Assembly: GCA_029881655.1 (NCBI GenBank)
Contig: JAOUME010000002.1
Span: 1-55,580 of the forward strand
Origin: Deltaproteobacteria bacterium
GTDB lineage: Bacteria; SAR324; XYD2-FULL-50-16
Reading direction: 5' to 3'
DNA: 55,580 nucleotides
A program made the translations under genes and the position numbers. Shown in pieces: positions 53,430-55,580 of this stretch (the stretch's first letter is position 1; each line of letters starts with the position of its first letter). Below the pieces are notes generated by a model, which was not told where the DNA came from, did no database searches, and saw only the letters and a program-made list of their open reading frames with translations.

Positions 53430-53966
53430 ATGGGAATTTATAATCTAAGCAACAAATATTACAATTCAATTCAAAAGAGGCTAAGGGTTTGGGGATTACC
53501 CTTTCTCCTATTAGTCGCCTACATTAGTGGTTTCGAGTTGGTCAGAGACAATCAGTTTCAAATATTAACCAGGATTCAACTTAGTTTTTTACATAGTCTC
53601 GGCGGTATTCTTGTTTCTCTTTTGTGGATAAGTTTGACCTATGATCTTGTTTTGAAAATTATTAGAAAGGAAAAAAAGATAGTGATGCAAAATGGAACGA
53701 GAAAGCTTGTTTTGATTCCTAGTTCGATTTATACCAAAAGAGACTGGGTCGATTTTTTGTTTTATTTTGTGCTTTTTATTCTTTGTCTGGTAGGTGTTCT
53801 GCTTTATTTAAGTCGGTGGGGAGGTATCGTTTTTTTTGATTCTCACGTCATTGCAATTTTACATCAGTTTATCGGCTGGACATTTATATCTTTGATTCTG
53901 GTGAAGTATTATTTATCCTTCACCTTGTGGTTTAAGAATTTGGTTCGGTATTTAAGAGAGTATTGA
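53430..53966 (+). CDS. small b-type-cytochrome-like membrane protein (Ni/Fe-hydrogenase cytochrome b family-like)
   Basis: The 178-aa protein has four hydrophobic segments. Histidines are kept in FLHSLGG and AILHQFIGW. The usual RxWHW reads RVWGL, and the second TM4 His position reads K. Confidence 0.55.
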   Translation: MGIYNLSNKYYNSIQKRLRVWGLPFLLLVAYISGFELVRDNQFQILTRIQLSFLHSLGGILVSLLWISLTYDLVLKIIRKEKKIVMQNGTRKLVLIPSSIYTKRDWVDFLFYFVLFILCLVGVLLYLSRWGGIVFFDSHVIAILHQFIGWTFISLILVKYYLSFTLWFKNLVRYLREY

Positions 53967-53969
53967 TGA

Positions 53970-54608
53970 ATGAGACTTATCGGACTTACAGGCAGTATGG
54001 GTTCTGGAAAATCGACGGTTGCGGGGATGCTGAAAAAACTGGGAGCGGATGTCGTGGATTCAGACCAGTTAGCCCGCGAAGTTGTCTGTCCGGGTGAAAG
54101 AGCTTATCGGGAAATTATTGGGTATTTTGGAGATGGATTGCTACAGCCAGATGGGACGATCAACCGGAAAAAACTGGCTCAAATCGTCTTTCAGAATGAA
54201 GATGCTCTTGCCTTCTTAAATGAGAAAACTCACCGTGATATCGGTATCCTAAAGACGAGGCTTTTCAAAGAGCTTTATACACGAAATCAAGATTGCGTCA
54301 TTGTCTATGTCGTGCCTCTGCTTTTTGAAAAAAAAATGCAAAATGAATTTCAAAAAACGATACTAGTGCGCATTGATAAAAAATTGCAGTTAGATCGATT
54401 GGTCAAGCAAAGAGGCTTTAGCGAGGAGGAAGTCCTGGCCCGCTTAAGACATCAAATGCCTCAAGAAGAAAAAATGTCTCTGGCGGATTTATTGATCGAT
54501 AACAACGGGACTTTAGAGGAAACAGGTAAAACTGTGTCAGAGATTTTTCCTGAAATCGAAAACCTGCCCCATATCCCGCCCGAAAGCCTTCCATTTCATC
54601 ATCTTTGA
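53970..54608 (+). CDS. coaE: dephospho-CoA kinase
   Basis: The P-loop is GLTGSMGSGKST. Length is 212 aa. Confidence 0.9.
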   Translation: MRLIGLTGSMGSGKSTVAGMLKKLGADVVDSDQLAREVVCPGERAYREIIGYFGDGLLQPDGTINRKKLAQIVFQNEDALAFLNEKTHRDIGILKTRLFKELYTRNQDCVIVYVVPLLFEKKMQNEFQKTILVRIDKKLQLDRLVKQRGFSEEEVLARLRHQMPQEEKMSLADLLIDNNGTLEETGKTVSEIFPEIENLPHIPPESLPFHHL

Positions 54609-54618
54609 GGTTTGATCG

Positions 54619-55293
54619 ATGAATTGTCTCGAATTGACTGGCCGAGAAAGAAACCATATTCAACAATTTCAAAACCCCCGTTTTGCCGTTCAGAAGGATA
54701 CAGCAGCCGCGTTTTTAGAAATGCGGGCCCAAGCCAGCAAAGAAGGCTTTCAGATCCATCCGGTCAGCTCCTTTCGTGATTTTAAGACACAATTGAAGAT
54801 ATGGAATCAAAAGGCTAAAGGTGAAAGACCTCTTTTTGGATCAGACGGGAAGCCGCTCGAATTTTCAAAGATGACAGCGAGTGAAATTTTATACGCGATT
54901 CTGGGATGGTCGGCACTACCGGGTGCTAGCAGGCATCACTGGGGCAGCGAGATCGACGTGATTGATCTTTCAAAGCTCAAAGAGGGAGATCAAGTTGAAC
55001 TGCTTCCACATGAAGTTCTTCAGGGAGGATCTTTTTTCCCAATGCACCAATGGCTGGATGAGCATGCGGAAAAGTTCGGTTTCTTTAGACCCTATAAGAC
55101 AGACCGTGATGGCGTTTTTCCGGAACTCTGGCATTTAAGTTATGCGCCGATCTCAATTAAGGCACTAGGTGATTTGAGTCAGAATCTCGTTTCGGAAGTG
55201 ATAAAAAACAACGATATTCTGTTAAAAGAACTCCTTTTGGAATCACTTGATGTGATTTATCAGCGTTATATTATCAATATCGATCTACCCTGA
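54619..55293 (+). CDS. M15 family (VanY-like) D-alanyl-D-alanine carboxypeptidase
   Basis: The zinc-site motifs SRHHWGSEIDV and ELWHLSY are present. Confidence 0.75.
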   Translation: MNCLELTGRERNHIQQFQNPRFAVQKDTAAAFLEMRAQASKEGFQIHPVSSFRDFKTQLKIWNQKAKGERPLFGSDGKPLEFSKMTASEILYAILGWSALPGASRHHWGSEIDVIDLSKLKEGDQVELLPHEVLQGGSFFPMHQWLDEHAEKFGFFRPYKTDRDGVFPELWHLSYAPISIKALGDLSQNLVSEVIKNNDILLKELLLESLDVIYQRYIINIDLP

Positions 55294-55362
55294 TTTAATG
55301 GATCGCGGGTAATTCCACATAATAAACTATTTAGACGCAACTCACCCCGACTTTAATCATTG

Positions 55363-55580
55363 ATGTATAATAACCAGCCTTTTCCAATCACCCATGTGAT
55401 TTTTGATATGGATGGGATATTATTGGATACCGAACCGATTTATACCAAGATCACTCAAAGCATTTTGGATCGCTACGGGAAAACGTTCACTTTAGAGATC
55501 AAAGCCCAAATGCTGGGTCGTCATCATTTGGAAGCCGCTAAAATCCTAATCGATAAACTTCACCTGCCGATCACCCCTCA
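55363..55580 (+). CDS. HAD-superfamily hydrolase (beta-phosphoglucomutase-like), 5' partial at window edge
   Basis: I translated this by hand from ATG 55363: MYNNQPFPITHVIFDMDGILLDTEPIY..., which shows HAD motif I DMDG. The ORF runs off the end of the window. Confidence 0.7.
   Translation, partial: MYNNQPFPITHVIFDMDGILLDTEPIYTKITQSILDRYGKTFTLEIKAQMLGRHHLEAAKILIDKLHLPITP

Noticed and set aside
1-55580. A search for CRISPR arrays, rRNA and tRNA genes, IS elements and integrases across the whole window.
   Set aside because: I noticed no regularly spaced direct repeats. No intergenic gap contains rRNA- or tRNA-like conserved blocks. No ORF has DDE-transposase or tyrosine/serine recombinase motifs.

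Overview
This 55.6-kb window is a compact, mostly housekeeping chromosome segment. It comes from a diderm bacterium (BamD, YbgF/CpoB-like, LpxL-type acyltransferase, KdsD) that is flagellated and uses sigma-54. GC is about 40-45% in my spot counts. About 50 CDS are supported. I recognised no rRNA, tRNA, CRISPR array, transposase or integrase. All calls come from motif recognition by eye on the supplied ORF translations and sequence; no searches were run.

The stand-out is a translationally coupled three-gene module at 50950-53966. It is clearly homologous to a periplasmic, membrane-bound [NiFe]-hydrogenase: a Tat-signal small subunit, a large subunit and a b-type cytochrome anchor. However, all four Ni-Fe cysteine ligands of the large subunit are substituted. 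The proximal-cluster cysteines of the small subunit and two of the four expected heme histidines are also substituted. Exactly eight cysteines, matching the medial and distal clusters, are kept. It is a candidate Cys-less hydrogenase-like redox module of unknown function.

The left 5 kb is mosaic:
- an AT-rich nuclease-like ORF sits between two ORF-free, hairpin-dense segments;
- a malic-enzyme gene at about 60% GC looks foreign;
- a 1.1-kb AT-rich gene-poor spacer follows.

Other notable items:
- a secreted pentapeptide-repeat protein built from five Cys4-bracketed modules;
- a glutaredoxin-thioredoxin reductase fusion;
- a tandem CDP-alcohol phosphatidyltransferase fusion carrying a G10 tract;
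- an mpl-coupled pair of unknown genes;
- a flagellar flgB-fliI cluster with a GG-N10-GC sigma-54 promoter but no fliG or fliJ;
- a 53-54 nt motif shared by two distant intergenic regions.
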